Origin: a virus
Length of the DNA stretch: 64,000 nt
Strand: one strand, 5' to 3'
Virus record (IMG/VR): IMGVR_UViG_3300037153_000606
Part shown: positions 29,309 to 40,000 of the stretch, one piece after another
Layout: every line of letters starts with the position of its first letter
Position numbering within the stretch: position 1 is the first letter of the stretch
Made by a program: the position numbers and the translations under genes
The notes under the pieces: model-generated
Databases searched by the model: none
Told to the model about the DNA's origin: nothing
The model's input: the letters and a program-made list of their open reading frames with translations, nothing else

Positions 29309-30919
29309 ATGAGCAAGCTGGCCAAGACCAGCGCCGCCGTCACCGCAGGCGGTATCGCGGCGCTGCGTACCACCTCTACCCCGGACATCACCACCTACGA
29401 GGGCGCGCCCGGCTACTCCCGGGACGCCAAGACCGAGCTGTTCACCCTCGCGGTGGCCAACTTCGTGTCCGAGCAGACCTCCTACGAGTCGGCCCAGGAC
29501 CGCGACACCCGGTTCCGCGAGCTGATTGCACGGGTCACCGTCGAGGACCCGGAGTGGGTCGCCGACTTCCTGTCCTGGCTACGGCAGTCGGCCAACATGC
29601 GCTCGGCGGCCATCGTCGGCGCGGTCGAGTACGGGCGCGCCGTGCAGCCGCCGTACCCGATCGCCAAGCGCAAGCCGGGCACGCTGCAGGTCACCCTGAC
29701 CCCGCGCGCAGTGCTCAACTCGGTCATTTCCCGCGCCGACGAGCCCGGTGAGGCGCTGGGCTACTGGCTGGGCCGGTACGGCCGCCCGCTGCCCAAGTGG
29801 CTCAAGAAGTCGTTGGGCGACTCCGCGCTGCGGCTGTACACGCCGTTCAACTCGTTCAAGTACGACGGCCAGAGCCAGCGGGTGCGTTTCGCCGACGTGA
29901 TCGAGTTCAGCCAGATCGAGGGCGACAACCCGGTCTGGAAGTGGTTGCTCGACCGCCGTCACGGCCACGCCGAAGGTGATTACGGCATCGAGATGCTGCG
30001 CGCCCGCCAGGACCTGGAGGCACTGCCGGTGCCTGAGCGGCTGGCGCTGATCACCAGCACCGCAGTGACCGGGAGGCTGCGTGCGGCCGGGATGACCTGG
30101 GAGTCGGTGTCCGGCTGGTTGCAGGGCCCGATGGACGCCGCCGTCTGGGAGGCGCTGGTCCCGCTGATGGGCTACATGGCGTTGCTGCGCAACCTGCGCA
30201 ACTTCGACGAGGCGGGCGTGTCCGACGAGGTGGCCCAGAAGGTGTTGGAGCGGCTGACCGATCCGGAGCAGGTGGCCACGTCCCGGCAGCTGCCGTTCCG
30301 GTTCTACTCGGCCTACCAGGCCGCGCCGAGCGACCGGTGGAAGCACGGGCTGGGCAAGGCCCTGGATCTGTCGCTGCATAACGTGCCGAACCTGGACGGC
30401 CGCACCCTGGTGCTCATCGACGTATCCGGTTCGATGTCCTACTCGCCGTTGACGGCCCGTTCCTCGGTCTACCCGTGGGCCCAGGCCGCACTGTTCGGGC
30501 TGGCACTCGCGCGCTCGCAGGCCAAGGCGGCCGACGTGGTCGCGTTCGACACCTCGGTGCGCAGCTTCAAGCTGAACAAGGGTGCGAACACGCTGGCCGA
30601 GCTGGCGCGGTTCCGGGGGCTGGTCACCGGCGGCGGAACCTACACCGCGCAGGCGGTCCGGCAGACCTTCGACCCGAACCGGCACGACCGGGTCGTGGTG
30701 CTCTCCGACCAGCAGGCGCACTACGACGGGGTCGGCGTGTTCGACTCGGTGTCACACCACGTGCCGTGCTACACGTTCGACGTGGTCGGCTACCACGCCG
30801 CGCACGCGCCGACGTCGAGCACCCGGCATCTGGTCGCGGGTTTGACCGACAGTGCGTTCCAGATGATGAAGTCGCTGGAGAGCGCGGCCACCGGTCGGTG
30901 GCCGTGGCAGACTGAATGA
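29309..30919 (+). CDS. rsr: Ro60/TROVE-domain RNA-binding protein with C-terminal vWA
   Basis: TTYEG, TWE..SGW, MGYMALLRNLRN, SRQLPFRFYSAY, vWA DVSGSM and GGGT. Confidence 0.92.
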   Translation: MSKLAKTSAAVTAGGIAALRTTSTPDITTYEGAPGYSRDAKTELFTLAVANFVSEQTSYESAQDRDTRFRELIARVTVEDPEWVADFLSWLRQSANMRSAAIVGAVEYGRAVQPPYPIAKRKPGTLQVTLTPRAVLNSVISRADEPGEALGYWLGRYGRPLPKWLKKSLGDSALRLYTPFNSFKYDGQSQRVRFADVIEFSQIEGDNPVWKWLLDRRHGHAEGDYGIEMLRARQDLEALPVPERLALITSTAVTGRLRAAGMTWESVSGWLQGPMDAAVWEALVPLMGYMALLRNLRNFDEAGVSDEVAQKVLERLTDPEQVATSRQLPFRFYSAYQAAPSDRWKHGLGKALDLSLHNVPNLDGRTLVLIDVSGSMSYSPLTARSSVYPWAQAALFGLALARSQAKAADVVAFDTSVRSFKLNKGANTLAELARFRGLVTGGGTYTAQAVRQTFDPNRHDRVVVLSDQQAHYDGVGVFDSVSHHVPCYTFDVVGYHAAHAPTSSTRHLVAGLTDSAFQMMKSLESAATGRWPWQTE

Positions 30920-30923
30920 GCGG

Positions 30924-30955
30924 GACGCCCGCCCTTCTCAGGAGGGGCGGGCGTT
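30924..30955. terminator. hairpin between convergent genes
   Basis: GACGCCCGCCCTTC / GAGGGGCGGGCGTT. Confidence 0.6.
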
Positions 30956-31537
30956 CTCGTCCAGCCAGGTCTGCACCGCACTCAGCGGCACCGGCGTGTA
31001 GTCGTTGACGTCCACCCCGACGTTGAGCATCCGGCCGTGCTCGCGCCAGGTGTCGTGCACGTGCCCGCAGAGCAGCGCCATCCCCCGGTCGGCCGGGCGC
31101 ACTTGCTGGTAGCGGTCCTGTTCGGTGTGATCGCCCCGGTAGGGCAGGTGGCAGGCGTAGACCTCGCGGCCGTCCGGCAGGCCCAGTGTCACCTCGTCGG
31201 CGAGCACGGTGAACCCGGCGTCCTCGTAGACCGTGATGTCGCGCGGGCGGCGCTTGCGGTGGTGTCCCCAGCACCGGTCGTGGTTGCCCGGGATCAGGTA
31301 CTTGCGGCCGTGCATCTTGGCCGCCTCGTCCAGCCAGCGGGGGCTGAGCGACAGGTCGCCGAGCAGCACCACGGTGTCGTCCTTGCCGACCACAGCGTTG
31401 TGCCGGGCGATCAGACCCTCGTTCATCGCGGTGACATCCGGCCACGGCCGGTGGCAGTAGCTGATGATGTTGATATGGCCGAAGTGATGGTCGGCCGAGA
31501 ACCAGGTACGTGAGTCGATACGTAGTGTGTTGTCCAT
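30938..31537 (-). CDS. calcineurin-like metallophosphoesterase
   Basis: ADHHFGH, LGD, GNHD, GHVH, NVGVD. Confidence 0.9.
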   Translation of the reverse strand: MDNTLRIDSRTWFSADHHFGHINIISYCHRPWPDVTAMNEGLIARHNAVVGKDDTVVLLGDLSLSPRWLDEAAKMHGRKYLIPGNHDRCWGHHRKRRPRDITVYEDAGFTVLADEVTLGLPDGREVYACHLPYRGDHTEQDRYQQVRPADRGMALLCGHVHDTWREHGRMLNVGVDVNDYTPVPLSAVQTWLDENARPS

Positions 31538-31564
31538 AACACCAGAGATCGTACAACAGGACGC

Positions 31565-31641
31565 AACCTGAGTTATCGCTTCCTGAGTTGTTGTGTTACG
31601 ATCTATGCAACGAACGAACTACCCGCTACGAGGAGCCACTC
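31565..31641 (+). promoter_or_regulatory. promoter/leader cassette
   Basis: GAGTT..GAGTTG, -10 TACGAT, TACGAGGAGCCACTC-ATG. Confidence 0.65.
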
Positions 31642-33533
31642 ATGAGCATCACGTACAAGGACAAGAAGTCCTACGACCGCAAGTACGCCGAGGCCGTCGC
31701 CGCCGCCCAGGATGCGGCCGGGGGCGAACGCGCGTTCTGGATCATCGGGTCCACGCTGCGCACCGCCCTGGTTGCTCAGGCGATCCTGCAGATCGTCTAC
31801 TCACAGGATGACTCCATCTCGGCCTTCGCGGTGCGCGAGCTGGCCAATGTGCTCTGCGAGCGGATGAACGACGACGCGAGTCTGGCGTCATGAACCGCAC
31901 CGCCGCACTGGCCCGTCCGGTTTGTGCTGCCTGCGAGCGACCGGTGCATCACTACGCCAAGTCGCACCGGCACTACACTCACCTCGTCAGCGCGGGCTGC
32001 CCGATCCGCAAGGTCGAGGCGATCCGGATGCAGGTCCTCAAGTACCGCGACGAAGCCTGAGTTGTCATTACCCGAGTTGTTCTGCTACGATCAGAGCTAA
32101 CGAACCACCACTTACGAGGAGCCACTCATGAACGACCTGCACATCGTCATCGCCGCCGTCGGCGGTCGGCACAACAAGGCGCTGCTCGGCCACGCCGCCG
32201 TCAGCGCGCCGCTCAGCTTCGCTGCGGCGCAGGACAAGTACGCCAAGCTGGCGGCCTTCCGTTCGCCCTACAGCCACGTGCTGCACTACGCGGTGCGCAG
32301 CATCGACGACCCGCGTTGGGCCGGACTGGTCAGCGAGGGGTTCACCAACAAGCGCAACGCCACCAAGGCGTGGGCCAAGGAGCACGGCTACGTCGGCAAG
32401 CCCGGCGGGTGGATCTACCGCCCGAACGGCGAGTCGGTCTGCCAGGGCTGGGACAGCCTGGCCGACACGCTTGTCCGGCAGCTCAAGCTCGCCAAGGGCA
32501 GTGACGAGCGCTGGTATGTGCTGGACCGGGAACTGGTGGCCTGATGAGCACCGTTGACACCCAGGAGCTGGTGCTCCCTGTCACCGCCCAGGACCTGCGC
32601 GCGCTGCGGCACGCCGATTCGGTGGTGTTCCGGCACCATCAGGGCCAGTCCACCATCGAGGCCAACAAAGACGGTAGCCACACCAAGGACGGTTTCGACG
32701 TCAAGCACACGGTCTACGTGGCCGGGGAGGTGCGCGACCACGACCGGGCCAGGATGTACGGGCGGGAGCAGCACGCCGCGTTCTACATGGTGTCTGGCGC
32801 GCAGTACAGCGACACGCTGCTCACCCTGTTGCGCAAGATTCGGCCCGGCGACCAGCTCACGCTGCGCTGGACGGCGGCCAACGACAACCAGAACGACGAG
32901 GCAGTTGGTTGGCACCGCGACGAGCTGCGCCTGATCGTGCAACGCGACCAGCAGAAGCGGGCCGACGTGTACCTGGTCGCTGCCCAGCACGGGCCGGACA
33001 ACACGGCCCGGATGGTCCGGCGGGTGTGGTCATGATGGCCAAACCCCGGCCCAAGCATTGGTTGATCCGCGAAATGCTCGATCACATGGACCAGCCCTAC
33101 CTGGCGCAGTGTGATTGCCTGCTTGATGTCGACCATAACCAGGACGGGGCCCCGATGCTGCCCCGTCCCTACGGGGTAATCGGCTCGACACGAATCCCTA
33201 CGAGAGGAACAGCATGACCTTCGAAGATCGCCTGATCGAACTGGACGAGGCCTGCCACGCACTGCTCGACGAGATCGAGCGTCGGCTGGTCGAGCTGGAC
33301 CGTGACATCACCGAGGCTGCTCAGTCGCCGCAGGCCGTACAGACCCGCAACGACGCCGCGTTGGCTGCACTGTAGTGATGGCCGCGTTGATCCTCGCTCT
33401 TGCGGTGCTGGTCACCACACTGTGGCTGACCGCCATCGTGCAGCGGCACGCCCGCTGGAAGCGCGAGGAACCGGCCGACGACGCGTGGATCGCCGAGTTG
33501 CAGAAGGCCAAGGAAGCCAGGCGGCGGCGTTAG
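31642..33533 (+). other. accessory small genes (31642-31893, 32128-32544, 32544-33035 and several shorter ORFs)
   Basis: follow the conserved leader cassettes; coupled starts and stops. Confidence 0.6.
32056..32127 (+). promoter_or_regulatory. promoter cassette: -35 TTGTCA, -10 TACGAT, paired GAGTTG boxes, conserved leader
   Basis: direct sequence inspection; repeated elsewhere in the window. Confidence 0.7.
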
Positions 33534-33685
33534 TACCAGTAACGCCTGCCGCCGACCGTGCGGTTCGCTCCTCCGGCGGCGAGCAGGCACAACCCGATGG
33601 CGGCCACGATCAACCCGATGATCCACAGGATCTGGATGCCGAGCACGAATCCCACGATCAGCAGGATGACGCCGAGGATCAACAT
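33530..33685 (-). CDS. DUF6131-like small membrane protein
   Basis: MLILGVILLIVGFVLGI...VGGRRYWY. Confidence 0.65.
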   Translation of the reverse strand: MLILGVILLIVGFVLGIQILWIIGLIVAAIGLCLLAAGGANRTVGGRRYWY

Positions 33686-33731
33686 GTCCTGAGGATTCCC
33701 AGACTGGGGCGTTTGCAACCGCCCCGCACAG

Positions 33732-33780
33732 AACGAGGCCCGACCCCGAGGTGGCTCCCGGGGCCGGGCCTCGTTTCTTT
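33732..33780. terminator. intrinsic terminator hairpin
   Basis: AACGAGGCCCG..CGGGCCTCGTT followed by TCTTT. Confidence 0.65.
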
Positions 33781-34580
33781 CAGAGCTGATCGGTCGGGTT
33801 CACCACTGGCTGGTCGGGTGACGGGGTGGGCTGTACCGGGGCGTCGGCCTGTTCCCCTGCATCCGGAGTGGTCACCGACGGAGTATTCGGGTCGGCCGGT
33901 GTGTCTGTTGAGGCGTTCGGATCTGCCGGTGCGGTGTTGCCGCCGTCTGCAGCGCCAGCGTCCGGGTCGGGCTGGACCACATTGCCGGTCGCTGGGTCGA
34001 TACCTCCGCCGGTCGCCGGGTCACCTCCTGCGGCCGGGTCAGCGCCCTGTGAGTCGTCACCGGTATCTGGTGCGGCTGCGTCAGCGGCACCCGAGTCGGT
34101 CGTCTCACCGTCACCTGCGTCGGGTGTCTCGGGAGCCGTGGAGGCTCCGCCCGCGTCCTCGGTGGCCTGGTCCTGGTCCGCACTCGCATGGGCGGAGAGC
34201 TGGTCGACGGCCGACTGGAGCGCGGACAGGTCGATGTCGCCGCCCTGCTGGGCCGAGTCGATCTGGGCCTGCAGCGTCTGCACCGCCTGTTGGATGGTCT
34301 GGTCGGCGGCCTGCACCTGCTGGGTGAGGGCGTCAACATCGGCTTGGGTGGCGCGGGCTTGGGTCATGAGCTGGTCGACCTTCCTGTCGAGATGGTGGAG
34401 AAGGAGGTGAGTGCCCGATTCAATCTTTAGGAGCCGAGTCATGGCCCGCACCAGTAGCCCGAGCAGCACATCGTTCGAGGGGACGCCGTAGAGCTGGTCG
34501 TCGGCGATGTCGGTGAAGTCATCCGGGGCATCGGGAGTGCTCACGTCTGGCGATCCTGGCACGATCTCGGCCCATGACAC
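33780..34580 (-). CDS. coiled-coil protein with acidic low-complexity tail (start uncertain)
   Basis: Q/A-rich heptads, then a D/P/A/G-rich tail. Confidence 0.55.
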   Translation of the reverse strand: MSWAEIVPGSPDVSTPDAPDDFTDIADDQLYGVPSNDVLLGLLVRAMTRLLKIESGTHLLLHHLDRKVDQLMTQARATQADVDALTQQVQAADQTIQQAVQTLQAQIDSAQQGGDIDLSALQSAVDQLSAHASADQDQATEDAGGASTAPETPDAGDGETTDSGAADAAAPDTGDDSQGADPAAGGDPATGGGIDPATGNVVQPDPDAGAADGGNTAPADPNASTDTPADPNTPSVTTPDAGEQADAPVQPTPSPDQPVVNPTDQL

Positions 34581-34819
34581 AGCCCTCGCGCGCAGGCCGT
34601 CTTGGAGACTCCCAGCAGATGCCGGTGCCCAACGGTTCCCCAGACATCCAGAGCATGGTGATCGCGGACATCGAGAAGCGGCGCGAGCTGGGGATCAGCA
34701 GGTACGGGACCGCGCTGCAGGCACACAACGGGAGGGATGCACTGCTCGATCTCTACGAGGAGCTGATGGACGCGTTGGTCTACCTCAAGCAACTGCTGGT
34801 GGAACGCGAGACGAACTGA
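34574..34819 (+). CDS. small all-alpha protein, MazG/dNTP-pyrophosphatase-like
   Basis: RYGTAL..EELMDALVY acidic helix motif. Confidence 0.45.
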   Translation: MTQPSRAGRLGDSQQMPVPNGSPDIQSMVIADIEKRRELGISRYGTALQAHNGRDALLDLYEELMDALVYLKQLLVERETN

Positions 34820-34889
34820 CCCCTGTCCCTATCTGAGTCCCACGCGCGGAAGTAGTGCACGCGTCCAGCGCACAGTGGGGATCTCAGTC

Positions 34890-36731
34890 ATGGGCAACGA
34901 CGTCGACCGGATGCTGGCCGAGTACGAGAACGCCTCGGACCGGGAGCCGATGCATGGCAAGACCGGCGAGATCCGGCGCAATCCGAGCACCGATCAGAAG
35001 AAGGCTCGACGCCGTCAGGAGGAGACCCGGTTGCTGCGCACCGCCGCGACCGCGTCCACCCTGGACGAGCAGCGCCAGGCCATGGTCGAGCTGGAGACGC
35101 TCCGCACCGAGGCAATGCGCGAGGACGACGAGGAGCGCGCACTCGACATCACCGCCGCCCGGATCGACGACACGTTGATCCCCGGGCACGTGCACGAGCT
35201 GCACACCGCCGCCACCGACTGGCTGCTGGAGATCCCCGAGCACACCGCATCACGCCAGGATGCCGAGCACGCCCTGATCGCCGAGGCGGTGCTGTGGTAC
35301 GGCCGGGTGGATTCCGTCATCAAGGCCGATGGCGAGGAGTTCGCCGAGCAGGCCCGCAACAAGGCCCGGCACGTGGCCAGCCAGTACGGCGAGCACGCCG
35401 AGTCCGCCGCCCAGGCGTTCCTGACCGAGGCGTCCCGGCTGTTGGAGCAGGAGGTCCGCACCGGCACGTTGAGTCACACCGCCGCGCTGATGGACGTGCA
35501 CGACCTGGGGGATCCCGAAGGCGGCATGGTGTCCCATGACGTGCCCGAGACGCCCGCCGAGACGGCCGAGCCGCAGGCCAGGCCGGTGCACGCCCCGGAG
35601 CTGGAATCGCCCAAGGTGGACCGCCCAGCGTGGGCGCACCACCTGCAGGGCGACACCTCCGGGCTGGAGGAGATGAGCCACAACTTCGCCCAGCACGTGC
35701 TGGGCAAGGCCTCTGCGCTCTCCCGCGAGCCGGAGCGCTTCCCCGAGCACGTGGGCGTCGGTGGGCCGCCCATCTCCGCCCAGGACGCTTCGGCGTCCCC
35801 GGGTGTCTACCCGCCTGAGCCGGATACCAGCTCCAACCGCGCCCCGGCACTGCAGGAGATGCAGAACTACGAAGGCTTCGAAGGCACCTCCGTGGTGCCC
35901 GACCCGTCCGGCCAGTCCGAGCAGATGAATGGCGACCAGCGCGCCAGCGAGGACTACGCCCGTCCCCAGGCCGGATTCCCGGTCAGCGGCAGCCACACCC
36001 AGAAGGAGTCATCCGTGACTGATCACGCCCAGTGCCCGACCTGCGGTGGTCTGGGCAGAGTCGCCGTGCGCAAGCAGGCCTATTCCGGCCTGCCCCAGGT
36101 CGACCAGATCGTGAACGCCGACGAGTCGCCGGGCGCGACCCCGTTGCCCACCGACGTGGCATGGCCGATCGTCTGGGACCCGAACGAGATCAACCGGGCC
36201 ATCCAGGAGACCGAGGGCCAGATCGCCCGCCGTCCGGAGGGGTTGCCCGGCCCGCCCGGGGCACCCGGGCACAAGGGTGCGTCCCGCCACGAGGCGCAGG
36301 GTCGAGACAACTCCGGCTGGATCGGCGACATGGGCGCGAAGGGGCCGGACTATCCGGGCTACTCCTACCCGGCCGGTTACGACGGCTCGAACAACCTGGG
36401 CCAGCCGGACCCGGTGTACGGCTACGGCGGGGACGAGCCGCAAGGCCCGAAGCTGCCCTACGGCAACGCCGAGGCGGACGATTTCACCAACAACCCGGGC
36501 GAGCCCTACAACCCGAGCGTGCCGCACAACAACGACCAGGGCTTCCAGGAGGTTGCGCCGGGCTTCGCCACCGCGCCGCCCGGTGGGTCCACCAGTGCCC
36601 CCGGTTCGGTCGGTTCGTCCCGGCAGTCCGCATTGGCCGACCCGTTCATCGCCGCCGCGCAGGAGGAGATCGCCCGTCAGCAGCAGTTGATCCAGACCCG
36701 TTCTTCGATGCTGGCCAGGCAAGGTTCGTGA
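34890..36731 (+). CDS. putative head-associated protein
   Basis: first gene of a long + operon leading to portal; many HTA/RTA motifs. Confidence 0.6.
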   Translation: MGNDVDRMLAEYENASDREPMHGKTGEIRRNPSTDQKKARRRQEETRLLRTAATASTLDEQRQAMVELETLRTEAMREDDEERALDITAARIDDTLIPGHVHELHTAATDWLLEIPEHTASRQDAEHALIAEAVLWYGRVDSVIKADGEEFAEQARNKARHVASQYGEHAESAAQAFLTEASRLLEQEVRTGTLSHTAALMDVHDLGDPEGGMVSHDVPETPAETAEPQARPVHAPELESPKVDRPAWAHHLQGDTSGLEEMSHNFAQHVLGKASALSREPERFPEHVGVGGPPISAQDASASPGVYPPEPDTSSNRAPALQEMQNYEGFEGTSVVPDPSGQSEQMNGDQRASEDYARPQAGFPVSGSHTQKESSVTDHAQCPTCGGLGRVAVRKQAYSGLPQVDQIVNADESPGATPLPTDVAWPIVWDPNEINRAIQETEGQIARRPEGLPGPPGAPGHKGASRHEAQGRDNSGWIGDMGAKGPDYPGYSYPAGYDGSNNLGQPDPVYGYGGDEPQGPKLPYGNAEADDFTNNPGEPYNPSVPHNNDQGFQEVAPGFATAPPGGSTSAPGSVGSSRQSALADPFIAAAQEEIARQQQLIQTRSSMLARQGS

Positions 36732-37036
36732 ACTTCACGGCCGCGCTCGCCAAGCTGCAGCGTGAGGCGGGTTACGACGACGCGTTGGGCATCGGCCCGC
36801 AACAGCCGACGCCCATCTCGCCGCACACCCTGAACCGGCCGGTCAAGCACCAGCCGCCGGTGCAGACGGACGGCTTGGACCCGGCGGCCGAAAGCGGCCC
36901 GAGCCCGTTCAACTCCGGGCAGGGGCCGTACGGGCGGCCGGTGGTCACCGACCCATTGGTCGACCAGCCGATCCGCCCTGGCGCACCGGTGCCGTATCTG
37001 CCCGGTCCTGATCTTGACACCACGACGCTGAACTGA
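36728..37036 (+). CDS. Pro-rich hypothetical protein
   Basis: GTGA overlap. Confidence 0.5.
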   Translation: MNFTAALAKLQREAGYDDALGIGPQQPTPISPHTLNRPVKHQPPVQTDGLDPAAESGPSPFNSGQGPYGRPVVTDPLVDQPIRPGAPVPYLPGPDLDTTTLN

Positions 37037-37050
37037 TGTAGGAGCGGGCC

Positions 37051-40000
37051 ATGCCCAACGAGATCGCGGCGACTGCCTTGTGGACGGATGCGGTGAGCGA
37101 CCACGACGCCGATGCGCACCGGCGCACCGTGGTGGCCGCCAAGGTCGCCCTGTCCGGCACCTGGCCGTTCTTGGCTGCGGCCAGTTCCGAGGAGGAGTTC
37201 GAGCACCGCCTCGCACTCGTCACCGCCCAGGTGGAGGAACACACCCCGGCCGAGGCGCTCGATGACGTGGTGGCCTCGTTGCGCCAGGACTTCGCCACCC
37301 TCGCCTCGGCCCGTGCCGCCGAAGCTGCCGCCGCCGCCGAGGTGACCGCCGAGGAGGGCATCGGCCTCGCCGAGCGGTACGCGCACGTGCGGCACCGTGG
37401 CGGGGACGAGGACGGGTACTTCCAGGTGGACCTGATCGGCCCGCAGACGGTGCAGACGCTGGCCCGGGCCGCCTCCCGGGACGAGGCGTTCACTGCCGCG
37501 CGGGCGCACCGGGTGCCGATCTACGAGAACGGCCGCCATGCCGAGCTGCCGCCGGTGGAGAGCGGTCAAGAGTTCTTCCACGCCGCATCCGGGCGGTGGG
37601 TCAACGCCCGCGAGTTCGCCGAGCGCGCGCAGCACCTGGGCGCGGCCGAGGACGACGACGACGAGGGGGAGGCGGGCCTGTCCCACCAGCAGCGGGTGGC
37701 CCAGGAGTACGCCCAGTTCCACCGGTCCCCGGACTGGGAGCTGAAGAACATCCACAAGGCCCTGAACATGCTGCCGTTCCTCAACGGCCCGCAGGAGAAC
37801 GCCCGGCTGGACGCGATCAAGCAGATCCGTTCCGAACGCCGCCGCCGCCAGGGTGTGTTCACCCCGGACCCCACCGACGCGATGCGCTACAACCGGTACC
37901 CGACGATCCCCTCGCCGGACTTCGGCGGTTCGCCTGCAGGGCCGGGTGACCACCCCACCGGGCCGGACGGCTTCCCGCCCGATGTGGCCCAGGGCGAACA
38001 ACGCTCCGAAGAGGCCTACGCCCGGCAGACCACGCCCGGTCCTTGGGTGGTGCCCCCGGACGCCGCGTGGCGCGACTCGATGCTGCCCAATGCAGCCACC
38101 GGCCTGCCGCAGGGCCAGTACCCGGCACCGGGCAACCCGGCGGTGAATGCATCTCGGTACATGGCCAGCGGCACCTCCGACGACTTCCACGGCGGCCGGG
38201 AGCGGGACGCCAAGTGCAGTGATTGCGGGGAGAACTACTCCTCCTCGCTGAGCAAATGCCCGAACTGCGGCAAGAAGACCTCCTCCCGGCACACCGCGCA
38301 GGAAGGGGTCGCGCCGTCCACGCACGCGCCCAACCCGAACTATTTCTGGCAGGGAGCCCAGATCGCCGGGCCGCCGACGTTCCCGCCTGACCCCGGCCCG
38401 GAACCCAAGACCAACAACAACGTCGACGACCTCTACGGCGCGGTGCCCCCGGAACAGTCCTCCGGCTCCCAGATGGGCCAGGTCGACGGTGCGGGATACT
38501 CCCGGCAGGGCACGCTGTCCCGTGAGGCGGTCCGCGAGGCCGCTTGGTGGTGGGGCATCACCCGCACCGGCGGCATGTACTACCACGGCCGCGAGTTCGA
38601 CCAGGCTGCGCGCGACAAGGCGGCCAAGTCCGGGCACGCCCTCTCCGACGGGTCGTTCCCGATCTACAACGCCAAGGACGTGCAGAACGCGAAGAACCGG
38701 ATCGGCACCTCCGACCACGACCGGGCCACGATCGTCAAGCACATCAACCACTGGGCCAAGGAGTACGGCGAGCCGCCGGTCGGCGAGGAGAAGGACGCTT
38801 CCCGGCACACCGCCGCCTCCCTGGAGGGGTTCCTGCACGGCCTGCAGTCCGGGCAGGAGGCCACCGTCGGCGAGCACTCGGTGCGTTACGACGCGCAACA
38901 GGCCCTGGACGACTACGGCCGACCGGCACGCGGGTTCACCGTCGGCACCTACTCGGTGACCGCCCCGGGCGGGGGCATCAAGTACTTCTCGCACTCGCCG
39001 TACAAGCCCGACTCCTGGGCGGGTCAGGCCAAGCGCGCCGCCGCCGAGGACGCCGCCCGGCACATCTGGGACACCCAACGGCAACGCCAGTCCTCGGTCC
39101 GGCACACCGCACCGGGCGGCGGGGAGCACGCGCCGTACCGGATCAAGAAGGTGGACGGCGGGTACGCGGTCTTCAACGACAAGGGCGAACGCAAGAACGA
39201 CGAGGCGAAGTCCTACCCCGAGGCCCGCCGCTTCCAGAAGGCGCTGTACCGCAACGTGCCCGGCGCGCGGCAGTCTGCCGAGGAGGACGAGGCGCACAAG
39301 GCCGCGTCCCGGGGCCGCCTCCCTTTCGCCCAGGCTGACCGGAGCACCGAACAACTGCGCGAGGAGGAGTACCGGGAGGGCCGTGAACACGCCGAACGCG
39401 GCCTGCCGCCGGAGACGTCCATCCCCGGCATCGACGACGTCTACGACGCTGGGTACGCCGACCGCCGTCACGACCTGGGCCGGATGGCCGCCCACCAGGC
39501 CACCTGTCCGGAGTGCGAGGGGACCGGCAAGGACTGGAACGACTACGACCCGTGCCCGCGTTGCCAGGGTTCGGGGCAGGCCTCTGCCAATACGCTGAGC
39601 CCTCCGGAGCTGGACAAGGACCACCGGCCGGTCAGCGTGGCCGGATGGCGGTGTGACGTCTGCGGGCACGAGGTCAACGGCCAGACCGACGAGGAGGGCA
39701 TCCCGACCCAGCGCGGAGACAGCGTGCGGCACACCGGATCCCGCCGGATGGCCAACACCTCCGGGCAGATCGTGGGGCATTGCGATCACTGTCACGCCCC
39801 GGTGCGCTGGCACGACGGCGACGATTCGGACGCCGGTCACCTGGAGCATCTGCACAACGCGTCCAACCGGTGCAGCGACGGGTCCCGCAACGTGGCCAAG
39901 ACCTCCGGGTTGACCCACCTCCCGCAGTTCTTCGACCCGTTCTGCGTCCCTCCGTCCCGGACCGCCTCCGGCCCGTTGGCCATGCAACCGGCGGCCCCTT

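Noticed and set aside
36772-39987. Very long antisense ORFs (also 3958-6207, 9415-11325, 18994-20844, 47738-50341)
   Set aside because: Shadow ORFs opposite high-GC3 genes, with no motifs or RBS.
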